From Dehalococcoidia bacterium (GTDB lineage: Bacteria; Chloroflexota; Dehalococcoidia; Lucifugimonadales; UBA3495): 62,894 bases of DNA. The notes below the pieces were generated by a model. The model made no database searches. It saw only the letters and a list, made by a program, of their open reading frames with translations, and was not told the DNA's origin. The stretch lies in assembly GCA_030740155.1 (NCBI GenBank), contig JASLXV010000077.1, positions 1 through 62,894 on the forward strand, read 5' to 3'. The translations under genes and the position numbers were made by a program. Every line of letters starts with the position of its first letter. The stretch's first letter is position 1. Below are positions 39,395 to 48,630 of the stretch, piece after piece.

Positions 39395-40477
39395 ATGGCC
39401 GGCTCTGAGCCGGCAGGAGGCCCAGCTACGGCGCTAACTGAGCGGATGACGCCAAGGGAACGAGTGATGAATGCCCTGAGGGGCGAGCCCGTGGACCGCC
39501 CACCGGCGGCCAATCCCACCAACGTGGCGACGGTGGAGATGATGGACCTGGTGGACGCTCCCTTCCCGGACGCCTGCCGCGATCCGGAGTTGGCGGCCCG
39601 GCTGGCGGCCACCGGCCACACTGAGCTGGGCTTCGATTCCGTCACACCCTACTTCACCATCATCCAGGAATCATCGGCCCTAGGCTGCGAGATGCAGTGG
39701 GAAGAGAAGGACAACTGGCCCACGGTGCGGATGCAACGGCCCATCTGGAAGGGCCCTGAAGACGTGCGCATCCCGAAGGGCTTCTTGGAGCACCGGGACA
39801 CTCAGACCGTCATAAAAGCCATCGAGATACTGAAGCAGGAGTTTGGGGACCGGGTGGCCGTCATCGGCAAGACAATGGGGCCGTGGACCCTGGCCTACCA
39901 CGTCTTCGGGGTGGAGAGCTTCCTCCTCATGACGGTGGACGAGCCCGATGCGGTCAAGCGCTGCCTGGAGCGCCTGAAAGAGGTCTCGGTGCTCTTCGGT
40001 GAGGCGCAGATCGCGGCCGGGGCGGACGCGCTGACCTTTCCGGACCACGCCACCGGAGACCTGGTCAGCGGGGAATACTACAAAAGATTCTTGCTGGAGA
40101 TACATCAGGAGATGGCGCAGCGGTTGCCGGTCCCGCTGATCCTGCACATCTGCGGCAATACCCTTGACCGGATGGATTACATCGCTCAGACCGGGATGTC
40201 CTGCTTCCACTTCGACTCGAAGAACGACCCACAGAAGGCCATGGACATCGTGGACGGGGGTATCCGCCTGGCGGGAAACATCAACAACCCGGAAACCCTC
40301 TACACCCAGGGGCCGGAACAGGTGCGACAAGAGGTCTACCGGTGCTTGAACGCGGGCGTGCAATTGATCGCTCCGGAGTGTGCGGTGCCCCTGGCGACCA
40401 AGCTGGAGAACCTGATGGAGATTCCCCGGGCCATCGAGGACTGGTGCGCCTCGGGCGGAAAACTTCAGGAGAGCTGA
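39395..40477 (+). CDS. MtaA/CmuA-family (UroD-like) corrinoid methyltransferase
   Basis: MTPRERV...VDRPP, GPWTLA, QIAAGAD, Zn motif LHICG and APEC. Start may be 39446. Confidence 0.9.
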   Translation: MAGSEPAGGPATALTERMTPRERVMNALRGEPVDRPPAANPTNVATVEMMDLVDAPFPDACRDPELAARLAATGHTELGFDSVTPYFTIIQESSALGCEMQWEEKDNWPTVRMQRPIWKGPEDVRIPKGFLEHRDTQTVIKAIEILKQEFGDRVAVIGKTMGPWTLAYHVFGVESFLLMTVDEPDAVKRCLERLKEVSVLFGEAQIAAGADALTFPDHATGDLVSGEYYKRFLLEIHQEMAQRLPVPLILHICGNTLDRMDYIAQTGMSCFHFDSKNDPQKAMDIVDGGIRLAGNINNPETLYTQGPEQVRQEVYRCLNAGVQLIAPECAVPLATKLENLMEIPRAIEDWCASGGKLQES

Positions 40478-40552
40478 GGAGAGCCGCCTCTCGGAAGAAA
40501 GCAGTTTCCTGAAGTCACCACAAAAGGACCACGGGTAGACGGGCAGACGGAT

Positions 40553-41332
40553 ATGCCGAAGATCGACGAACGTCTGGAAAAGGAATTAGAGCAGGTTGCC
40601 GATACCGAGGAGCGGCAGGCCGCCGGGGCGCGCTTTGAGCAGGCACACCCCCTGATGCAGGAGGTATCCTACGCGGTCATCACCGGTGATCACCAGGGGG
40701 TTGACCGGCTCACCCGGCAGGCCCTGGATCAGGGATTCTCGGCCAACGATATCCTGGATGACGGCCTGGTCTCCGGCATGGCGCTGGTGGGCATCAAGTT
40801 CCGCGACAACATCATCTTCGTGCCGGAGGTGCTGGTGGCCGCCCGGGCCATGAAGGCCGGCATGGCCCATTTGGAGCCCATACTTTCCGAGTCCGGGATA
40901 CGCCCCAAGGGAGTCGTGGTCACCGGTACGGTCAAGGGGGACCTCCACGATATCGGCAAGAACCTGTGCGTCATGATGCTCCGCGGCGCCGGCTTCACCG
41001 TTCATGATCTGGGCGTGGACATCCGGCCGGAGGAGTTTATCGACGCGGTGGCCGAGCACGGCGCTCAAGTCCTGGGCATGTCGGCGCTTTTGACCACCAC
41101 GCTGCCCAATATGGGCAAGACCATCGAGGCCTTTGAAGAGGCCGAGTTGCGGGGCACGGTCAAGATAATGGTGGGCGGCGCGCCGTTGAGCCAGGAGTTC
41201 GCCGACGACATGGGCGCCGACGGGTACGGCAAAGACGCCATGGCCTGCGTTGAGCTGGCCGGCCGGCTCTCGGTCGGAGACCGGGCCTCGGAGAACACGC
41301 CTGCTATCTCGCAAGAGGAGGTCCAAGGGTGA
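40553..41332 (+). CDS. Corrinoid (B12-binding) protein, MtaC/MttC type
   Basis: FVPEVL cap domain, GDLHDIGKNL (DxHxxG), SALLTTT, VGGAP. Confidence 0.95.
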   Translation: MPKIDERLEKELEQVADTEERQAAGARFEQAHPLMQEVSYAVITGDHQGVDRLTRQALDQGFSANDILDDGLVSGMALVGIKFRDNIIFVPEVLVAARAMKAGMAHLEPILSESGIRPKGVVVTGTVKGDLHDIGKNLCVMMLRGAGFTVHDLGVDIRPEEFIDAVAEHGAQVLGMSALLTTTLPNMGKTIEAFEEAELRGTVKIMVGGAPLSQEFADDMGADGYGKDAMACVELAGRLSVGDRASENTPAISQEEVQG

Positions 41333-41565
41333 GCCAGGAGGCCGACAAAGAGCGCTACCAGGCCAGCATGGACCGGTTGCAGGAGATTTTCCGGGATATC
41401 TCCGAGACGGTCAGCAACGTGTCCCACTGGCGTTGCCCCTACAAGAATGCCCGGGATCGTTGCACGGCCCCCTTCGGTTGCCGCAACCAGTCCAGGACAC
41501 CCGGCGAGTTGCCCGTCTGCACGGGCAGCGACAAGCTGGATTATCGTGCCGCGTGGGAGACCTGA
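41329..41565 (+). CDS. Small 4-Cys protein, translationally coupled to the corrinoid gene
   Basis: GTGA start/stop overlap; RCPYKN...CTAPFGCRNQ...CTGSDKLDYR. Confidence 0.75.
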   Translation: MSQEADKERYQASMDRLQEIFRDISETVSNVSHWRCPYKNARDRCTAPFGCRNQSRTPGELPVCTGSDKLDYRAAWET

Positions 41566-41601
41566 GGCCGCCAGGCCCCCCGCTGGTGTTACAATACCCG
41601 C

Positions 41602-43224
41602 ATGTCTCCCCTCCACCACGATGGCCATGAGCTTGACCTGGCCGCCGGTAAGACTATTTTCGACTACGCCGACGACCTGAAAGTCAGGGTTCCCACCTCT
41701 TGCCGCCGGAACGGGGAATGCCACGAGTGCATCGTTGAAATCCGGCGCGGCGCCGAGTCTCTGAGCCCACCGAGCGAGCTGGAAGCCTTCTTGGGTGGGA
41801 GCTACCGGCTGGCCTGCCAAGCGGAGATTGTTGACCCCGATGGGGATGTGGAGTTCGCCGTGCTGCGCCGGCAGCCCCGGATTCTCACCCGTGCCCGGCG
41901 GCGAAGGGTGAAGCTGGACCCCTTGACGGTGCGCCAGGGCGACGCAGTGTACTTCGGGCACCAGTCGCTCGACCGGTACCGGGGCAAGATCTACGGCCTG
42001 GCGATCGATGCCGGCACGACCACGGTGGCGCTGAACCTGGTCGACATGGAGAGCGGCGAGATCGTACACACCGCGTCCTTCGAGAACCCGCAGCGGTTCG
42101 GCGGCAGCGATGTAATGAACCGGATTTCCTACGATGGAGGGCCGTACCGGGGCGAGCTACAGCAGGTGATGCTGTCGGCAGTCAACTTTGAGATCGGAGA
42201 CATGGCCCGCCGTCTTCGATTCCATCGCAGGCTGATCTATGAGGTAGTGGTGGTGGGCAACTCGACGATGCGGGACATCTTCTTCGGCCTGAACGTCCAG
42301 TCCATCGGCGAGAAGCCGTACCGGTCGGGCACCGAGCTTGAATTTCAGAAGGGCCTTCGCTCGAGCACTTCCGTTGCCGCTCAAGCGAAGGACCTGGGAC
42401 TTCGCGTGTTCCCTGACGCCAGCGTGTACGGCGGCCCGCTGATCGGCAGCCACGTAGGAGCGGACATCGCGGCCGGGCTGCTGGCCGTCGGCATGGACCA
42501 AAAGGACGGCGTCGTCATGCTGGTGGATGTGGGCACCAACACCGAGGTGGTCCTGGGCAACCGGCACCACATGCTGGCGGCGTCGTGTCCGGCGGGGCCC
42601 GCCTTTGAAGGGGGTCAGATCGCCCACGGGATGCCGGGCTACGACGGCGCTATCGAGTCTGTCCAGATCGCCGGCGGCGAGGTCAAGTACCGCACCATCG
42701 GGAATCTGGAGCCCCAGGGAATTTGCGGTTCGGGTTTGGTGGACCTGCTGGCCCAACTCCGGGACACGGGCCAGATGGGAGAGTTGGGCGCGTTCGCGGA
42801 TGGGGGGCAGGAGTTCCCATTCGTGCCGGAGCCGAGGATGTCTTTGTCCAGGGCCGATGTCAGCGCGCTTGCGCAGGCCAAGTCGGCCAACTATGCCGGC
42901 CAGTACATTTTGCTCCGCCGCTACGGGGTCAACCCGGACCAATTGGATGCCCTCTATCTGGCCGGGGCATTCGCCAACTACGTCAATGTTGGGAACGCCG
43001 TGGAGATAGGGTTCATCGCCAACCTGCCCGCGGAGAAGATCGTAAAAGTCGGCAACGCCTCGTTGGAGGGCGCGACCATCATGCTGGTGTCGCGGGAAAT
43101 GCGGCGCACGGTGGAGGAGATGGTGCGCGGCATTGAGCATGTGGAGTTGGAAACCACCGCCGACTTCTTCGATATTTTCGCCGACGGCTGCCGTTTCAAA
43201 CCCATGGAGAAAGAGCTGGGCTAA
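41602..43224 (+). CDS. ASKHA-domain reductive activator of corrinoid proteins (RACo/RamA-like) with N-terminal [2Fe-2S]
   Basis: CRRNGECHEC...RLACQ; DAGTTT, NPQRFGGSDVMNRI, DVGTNTE, AGPAFEG, GICGSG, LAGAFA, GNASLEGA. Confidence 0.93.
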   Translation: MSPLHHDGHELDLAAGKTIFDYADDLKVRVPTSCRRNGECHECIVEIRRGAESLSPPSELEAFLGGSYRLACQAEIVDPDGDVEFAVLRRQPRILTRARRRRVKLDPLTVRQGDAVYFGHQSLDRYRGKIYGLAIDAGTTTVALNLVDMESGEIVHTASFENPQRFGGSDVMNRISYDGGPYRGELQQVMLSAVNFEIGDMARRLRFHRRLIYEVVVVGNSTMRDIFFGLNVQSIGEKPYRSGTELEFQKGLRSSTSVAAQAKDLGLRVFPDASVYGGPLIGSHVGADIAAGLLAVGMDQKDGVVMLVDVGTNTEVVLGNRHHMLAASCPAGPAFEGGQIAHGMPGYDGAIESVQIAGGEVKYRTIGNLEPQGICGSGLVDLLAQLRDTGQMGELGAFADGGQEFPFVPEPRMSLSRADVSALAQAKSANYAGQYILLRRYGVNPDQLDALYLAGAFANYVNVGNAVEIGFIANLPAEKIVKVGNASLEGATIMLVSREMRRTVEEMVRGIEHVELETTADFFDIFADGCRFKPMEKELG

Positions 43225-43492
43225 CCGCGATCGTCCCGTGCGTTTCCGCCGGGTCAGGGCGAGTGGGCGCTCCTAGGGGCCTAGGCGAGGGACGCTATCC
43301 TGAAATAGGCGTTCATCGCAGGCCTGGCCCATTCCGGTGCAATCTGAAACCAAGAAGAGATGCCCCACCGCAAGGTGGGGCATCTCTTCTTTCCTCTTTT
43401 CGTGGTCGCGGCGATTCTCTATGGCGGACTGGCGGCCCCTCAATCGAGAACCGCCCCGTCGCGAATTGCCGGGGCCGGGTGGCGCCGGCGCG

Positions 43493-44512
43493 TCAGTACA
43501 GGTGGCAGGAGACTTCGTGCCCTGGAGCCACCTCTTTTCGCACGGGAATATCAACGGAACACCGGTCCATTACGAAAGGACAGCGCGGGTGGAAGCGGCA
43601 GCCCGACGGAGGGTTCAACGGAGAGGGGACCTCTCCGGTCAGGATCATCTCTTCGTGCTGGGTGTCGGGGTGCGAGGGAAGAGCCGCGGACATCAGCGCC
43701 TTGGTGTAAGGGTGGGACGGATTGTTGTACAGTTCTCTGACTTCCGAAAACTCCACTATCTCGCCCAGGTACATCACAGCCACCCGGTGGCACATGAATC
43801 GCACCGTGGCCAGGTGGTGGGCGATCAGCAAGTAGCTAACGTTGAACTCGCCCTGAAGGTCCTTGAGCAGGTTCATGATCTGGGCGCGAATGGACACGTC
43901 CAGCCCCGATACCGGTTCGTCGAGGACGATGAGCTTGGGGTTCAGGGCCAGCGACCGGGCGATGGCCAGCCGCTGCCGCTGTCCTCCGCTGAACTCGTGG
44001 GGGTACAGATTGGAATGGTAGCTGTTCAGCCCGACGTTCTGGAGCAGCTTGAGGGTCCGCTCCTTGATCTCCGGTTTTGAAAGCTGCCAGTTGATGACCA
44101 TGGGCTCGGCGACCAGATCTCTGACCCGCATCCGGGGATTCAGGGAACTCCACGGGTCTTGGAACACGGCCTGGACCGAGCTACGGTAGGCTCTTCGTTT
44201 CGCGGATTTGGCCCGGGCGACGTCTTCACCCTGGAAGAGAATGCTTCCGGATGTGGGCGTTTCCAGCATCAGCAGCATCTTCGCCGTCGTGGTCTTGCCG
44301 CAACCCGACTCGCCCACGATACCCAGTGTCTCGCCGGCCTTCAACTCGAAGGAGACCCCGTCGACGGCCCGCAGGTAGCCCGTTGTCTTGGAGAACAAGA
44401 GGCCTTTGGTAACCGGAAAGTGCTTCTTCAGGTCCCGTGCTTCCAGCAACACCTGGCCGTCGCGGGCCTGAATGGAATTTTCAGTTGAAGTAGTTATGCC
44501 AGCCTCCAACAA
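43493..44512 (-). CDS. oppF: Oligopeptide/dipeptide ABC transporter ATP-binding protein (OppF/DppF)
   Basis: [32 protein letters not shown]; exact start uncertain. Confidence 0.92.
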   Translation of the reverse strand: MLEAGITTSTENSIQARDGQVLLEARDLKKHFPVTKGLLFSKTTGYLRAVDGVSFELKAGETLGIVGESGCGKTTTAKMLLMLETPTSGSILFQGEDVARAKSAKRRAYRSSVQAVFQDPWSSLNPRMRVRDLVAEPMVINWQLSKPEIKERTLKLLQNVGLNSYHSNLYPHEFSGGQRQRLAIARSLALNPKLIVLDEPVSGLDVSIRAQIMNLLKDLQGEFNVSYLLIAHHLATVRFMCHRVAVMYLGEIVEFSEVRELYNNPSHPYTKALMSAALPSHPDTQHEEMILTGEVPSPLNPPSGCRFHPRCPFVMDRCSVDIPVRKEVAPGHEVSCHLY

Positions 44513-45483
44513 GCGGAAATGTGGCCTTCGCGGGCCTCTATTTGAGGGGGATACTCCTCCCGGCAGCGCTCCATGACGTATTGGCAGCGGGTCGCGAAGG
44601 AACAGCCCGGCGGCAGATCATGCAGCGTCGGTGGCTGTCCGTCTATGGAGAACAGCCGGTCCACATCCTCTTCCATCCTGGGCACCGAAGCCATCAGGGC
44701 CTCGGTATACGGATGGGCCGGATGGTTGAAGATATCACGGACCCCTCCCATTTCGACAATTCTCCCGGCGTACATGACGGCCACCCGGTCGCACATCTTG
44801 GCCACGATGCCGAAGTCGTGGGTGATGAAGAGCAGCGCCACGTCCGACTCCCTTTTTATCTCGTTGAGCAGCGCCAAGTACTGGGCCTGAATGGTGACGT
44901 CCAGGGACGTGGTTGGCTCGTCCGCTATAAGCACCTGAGGCTGGCAGGAGATGCCCATGGCACCCACCACCCTCTGGCGCATTCCGCCGCTCATCTGGTG
45001 AGGGTAGTCCCGCATCCGCGTCTCGGCAGCGGGTATGTTGACCTTTCTCAGGACATCCAGCGCGCTGGCCATCAGGCTCTTCTTGGGCAGGTTTTGATGG
45101 AGCTTGATGGCCTCCACCACCTGGTTTCCGATGGAAAACACCGGGTTCAAGGAGGTCATCGGGTCCTGGACGATCAGGGCGATCTTCCTGCCCCGGATGT
45201 CGGTCATCTCTTTTTCCGTGAGCTGGAGCAGGTCCTCTCCGTCCAGGATAATCTTCCCGCCCACTTCGCGCCCCGGAGGGATTGGGATGAGACGCATCAG
45301 AGACAGCATGGTGACGGACTTGCCACAGCCCGACTCGCCCACGATACCCAGAGTCTCTCCCCGGTCCAGGGTAAAACTGACCCCGTCCACCGCTTTGACC
45401 GTACCCCAGCGGGTCCGGAAGTAGGTGCGCAGGTCTTGAACATCTAGAACAACGTTGCCGCTAGCTTTGGCGCTGGCCGCCAT
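44494..45483 (-). CDS. oppD: Oligopeptide/dipeptide ABC transporter ATP-binding protein (OppD/DppD)
   Basis: GESGCGKS, QDPMTSLNP, YPHQMSGGMRQR, ADEPT. Confidence 0.93.
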   Translation of the reverse strand: MAASAKASGNVVLDVQDLRTYFRTRWGTVKAVDGVSFTLDRGETLGIVGESGCGKSVTMLSLMRLIPIPPGREVGGKIILDGEDLLQLTEKEMTDIRGRKIALIVQDPMTSLNPVFSIGNQVVEAIKLHQNLPKKSLMASALDVLRKVNIPAAETRMRDYPHQMSGGMRQRVVGAMGISCQPQVLIADEPTTSLDVTIQAQYLALLNEIKRESDVALLFITHDFGIVAKMCDRVAVMYAGRIVEMGGVRDIFNHPAHPYTEALMASVPRMEEDVDRLFSIDGQPPTLHDLPPGCSFATRCQYVMERCREEYPPQIEAREGHISACWRLA

Positions 45484-45610
45484 ACTCAATCCCCAGTCCT
45501 CGTGTTTGAATCTCCGGGCCGGCCACCCCGGACCCGGCCAAGTCCAATACTACCTGATTCTCAGGATTCTGGCTACCTGCCCCCCAAGACCGCGTGGATC
45601 GCCGGAACGG

Positions 45611-46654
45611 CTACTCCATCTGCCGGAGCTTGGGGTCCAGCGTGTCCCTCAGCCAGTCGCCAAATAGGTTCAACGACATCACGGTCACCATGATGGCCAC
45701 GCCCGGGAAGGTGGAAATCCACCAGAACCCACCCCCCAGTTTATCCCGGCCATCGGCTACCATGGAGCCCCAAGCCGGTGTGGGCGGCGGTACTCCCGCC
45801 CCCAGGAAGCTCAAGGTGGATTCCAGAAGTATTACTATGCCCACCTGGAGGGTGGCCACTACGATCAGCGTGTTGATGGTGCCGGGGAAGATGTGGATGA
45901 AAAGGATACGCATGGTGGAAGCCCCGGACACTTTGGCCAGGGCCACATAGTCCATGTTCTTGAGTTGCAGCACCTCCGCCCGTATCTGCCGGGCAAACCT
46001 GGGCCAGATCCAGATGGCCAATACCCCCACGATGAGCATGAAGGATTGGCCCAGGGATATGACCAGGACCAGGGCGATCAAGATTAGGGGAATGGACAGC
46101 TTGATGTCGACGAGGCGCATGGATATTTCATCGATCCAGCCCCCGTACCACCCCGCCGCCAGGCCCAAGGCCACCCCGACGGTGCCGCCAACTCCCAGGG
46201 TAACCAGCGCCACGACCAAGGAGATGCGGGCGCCAAAGATGACGCGGGAGAATACGTCCCGGCCCAGGTGGTCGGTTCCCAAGAGGAAGTCGGTGGAGCC
46301 CCCCTCCCTGACGGTCACTGCCACACTCTCGCCTAATTCGGCCTCGGTCCGGATTTTTTGGGCGTCCCTGAGACTAATCTGGGCGTTGCTGTGCCCCAGG
46401 GCAACCTTATCCACCACCGTCTTAATAGTGGTCTCTTCTCCGGACCAAAATGGCGGCAGCATTCTCAACCGCAGGTCCCCTCTCTCGGGGTCATGGGGTG
46501 CGATCCAATCGGCGGTGACCCCGGCAAAGACGACTATTGACAGCAGTGCGACTGGAATTATCGGCAAGCGCCGCAGGGACCGCCACATGCTGGCGACCCG
46601 GTTGCGCGTTGTTAGCGGGGGGGCTTCAACGATCTGGCCGGTACTGGCTGCCAC
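45611..46654 (-). CDS. oppC: ABC permease (OppC/DppC) with a ~46-aa loop insertion
   Basis: APHDP, LGTDHLGRD, GARISL, EAA-like DYVALAKVSGAS, PAWGSM, GDWLRDTLDPK. Confidence 0.93.
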   Translation of the reverse strand: MAASTGQIVEAPPLTTRNRVASMWRSLRRLPIIPVALLSIVVFAGVTADWIAPHDPERGDLRLRMLPPFWSGEETTIKTVVDKVALGHSNAQISLRDAQKIRTEAELGESVAVTVREGGSTDFLLGTDHLGRDVFSRVIFGARISLVVALVTLGVGGTVGVALGLAAGWYGGWIDEISMRLVDIKLSIPLILIALVLVISLGQSFMLIVGVLAIWIWPRFARQIRAEVLQLKNMDYVALAKVSGASTMRILFIHIFPGTINTLIVVATLQVGIVILLESTLSFLGAGVPPPTPAWGSMVADGRDKLGGGFWWISTFPGVAIMVTVMSLNLFGDWLRDTLDPKLRQME

Positions 46655-46671
46655 GGTGTCCTCCTATTCCG

Positions 46672-47589
46672 CTAGCCGTAGCGGATTCTGGGATCGATAT
46701 AGGCGTACAGCACGTCCACAGTCAGGGCGGCCGTTACGTACATTAAAGTGAAGACTATAACCACCCCCTGCAGAAGAGGATAGTCTGCTCCGAACAGTGC
46801 CTCGATGGCCAGCTTGCCCAGGCCGGGCCAAGCGAACACGGTCTCAACCACCAGGGAGCCGGTCACCAGGGCCCCCAGGGTCACACCGGCAAAGGTCAAA
46901 GGCGGGATGAGGGCGTTGCGCAGGGCATGTTTGAAAATGACCATCTTGGGGGATACGCCTTTAGCCCGGGCCAGCTTGATGTACTCCGAGTCCAGCACGT
47001 CCAGCATGGCCGATCGGATGAGCCGCAGATTGGCGGCCACGTAGAACCAGCCTAGGGTGATGCCAGGGAGCAAGATGCTGCTCCATTCCTGCCGGCCATA
47101 GGGGGGAACCCACCCCAGCTTCACGGCGAAGAAGAACATCAGCATTATGCCCAGCCAGAACGGAGGGGCCGACTGGCCGATCAAAGACACTAGTTTACCG
47201 GTGAGGTCCAAGGCGCTCCCCCGCTTCACCGCCGAGAGTATCCCCAGGGGTACTCCCACCAGCACCGAGAAAGCAAAGGCGGCGACGCCGAGCTGAAGGG
47301 TGTTGGGCAGGCGGTCCAGTATGACCGACATTACCGGCTCCCCTTCTCTGATCGACTCTCCGAAGTCTCCCCTAACCGCTTTCTTCAGGAATATTCCGTA
47401 TTGCTCATAGTACGGCTTGTCCAGCCCCAGCAGAGCCCCCATCCGGTCCCAGTCCTCCTGGGTGGAGTAGTCGTCCAGGTAGATGTGCCTGGGGTCCCCG
47501 GAAACCCGGCTCATGATGAAGATGATCAGGGACACAACAAAAATTGTGATTATGGCGATGATCAAGCGTCGGAGTAGAAACTTTTGCAT
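46672..47589 (-). CDS. oppB: ABC permease (OppB/DppB)
   Basis: GDP, GDFGES, EYIKLARAKG, HALRNA, ETVFAWPGLG, YAYIDPRIR. Confidence 0.94.
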   Translation of the reverse strand: MQKFLLRRLIIAIITIFVVSLIIFIMSRVSGDPRHIYLDDYSTQEDWDRMGALLGLDKPYYEQYGIFLKKAVRGDFGESIREGEPVMSVILDRLPNTLQLGVAAFAFSVLVGVPLGILSAVKRGSALDLTGKLVSLIGQSAPPFWLGIMLMFFFAVKLGWVPPYGRQEWSSILLPGITLGWFYVAANLRLIRSAMLDVLDSEYIKLARAKGVSPKMVIFKHALRNALIPPLTFAGVTLGALVTGSLVVETVFAWPGLGKLAIEALFGADYPLLQGVVIVFTLMYVTAALTVDVLYAYIDPRIRYG

Positions 47590-47593
47590 GCTG

Positions 47594-48073
47594 TTACACC
47601 GTCAAGCCGTGTGATTCGTGATTATCGATACGGGTGTGGCGCCACCGGCGCATCACATCCCGGGCCAGGCTGAAAACCATCGCCGCCCCACTAGCCACCA
47701 ACGTGGCCCCCGCGGCGGTGTAAGTGATCGGCGTGACCGTCGGCATCGCGCAGCACTCGACTGTTTGGCGCGCCCCATAGGCGTAGCCCCCCCACGCCCC
47801 GCCGATGCCTGCCGCTGCCGCCAAGATCGCTGCTGCCAACAGCAAGAGGAGGTTTTCGCCATCGAGCCGCAGCCAGGCCAGGAATCCGCCCAGCCCAGCC
47901 CCCAGGCCGGCCCCAATCATGAGGGACCATAGCATGGTGTCGAGGGACCGGGAGCTGGAGAACACGAAGAACCCCCAGGCGATCCCAATCCCTGCTATGC
48001 TGAATCCCGAACCCAGGCCTAGCCCAAGGGCGGTGCGCCCCGCGAAGACCATGAAAGATTGTACCCTATACAT
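47594..48073 (-). CDS. Gly-rich ~4-TM membrane protein leading the ABC operon
   Basis: Four hydrophobic Gly/Ala-rich stretches, ECCAMP loop; stop lies 4 nt before the oppB start. Confidence 0.7.
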   Translation of the reverse strand: MYRVQSFMVFAGRTALGLGLGSGFSIAGIGIAWGFFVFSSSRSLDTMLWSLMIGAGLGAGLGGFLAWLRLDGENLLLLLAAAILAAAAGIGGAWGGYAYGARQTVECCAMPTVTPITYTAAGATLVASGAAMVFSLARDVMRRWRHTRIDNHESHGLTV

Positions 48074-48548
48074 TGCCTACTCGCCAAGACCATGACATCA
48101 CCCCCGCCCTCCACCGCTAACTACTACGAGGTAAGCACCGATTTAGATGCCGCTCCCCTGTTTTTCATCAAGCCAAGCGTTCGCTCGCCGCAGTCCCGGC
48201 TGGTGGGTCCGAACCCGTCCAAACGACCGCGAAACTGCTGGCGAACCGTCCGTCTTGCCAGGGACCCCCCAGAGGGGATACGACCTGTCCTCAAAATCAC
48301 GTGAAGCAATAGTAACTATCGAAACCTCGGCTGTCAACAGATTGTGGTGAGAGTAGGAATTATGACACATCTTGGCGGGTCAATGGAACCGTCTCCCCAT
48401 GGGTAATGGGGCGGTTTCCTTGAGGGCGGGCGAGCGGAGGCACGCGTTAGCGTCGCGTCGACCAAGGTGGGGGAACCGGCGGGCCTGGTCCGGGAGTGGG
48501 GTTGCATCTCCCCACCAGCTTCATCACCGGTTCCATCGCCGGGCAAAT

Positions 48549-48582
48549 AGACAGGCCCCCGGTGTTACCCGGGGGCCTGTCT
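48549..48582. terminator. Array-family terminator (GGCCCCCGG-loop-CCGGGGGCC) after SBP1
   Basis: AGACAGGCCCCCGG-TGTTAC-CCGGGGGCCTGTCT; homologous hairpins at 50898, 53328, 53789, about 56296 and 60011. Confidence 0.85.
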
Positions 48583-48630
48583 TGCTACAAACTCGCTGGT
48601 TTTGGGCCGGTCAGCGTTTGCCGAGAACCT

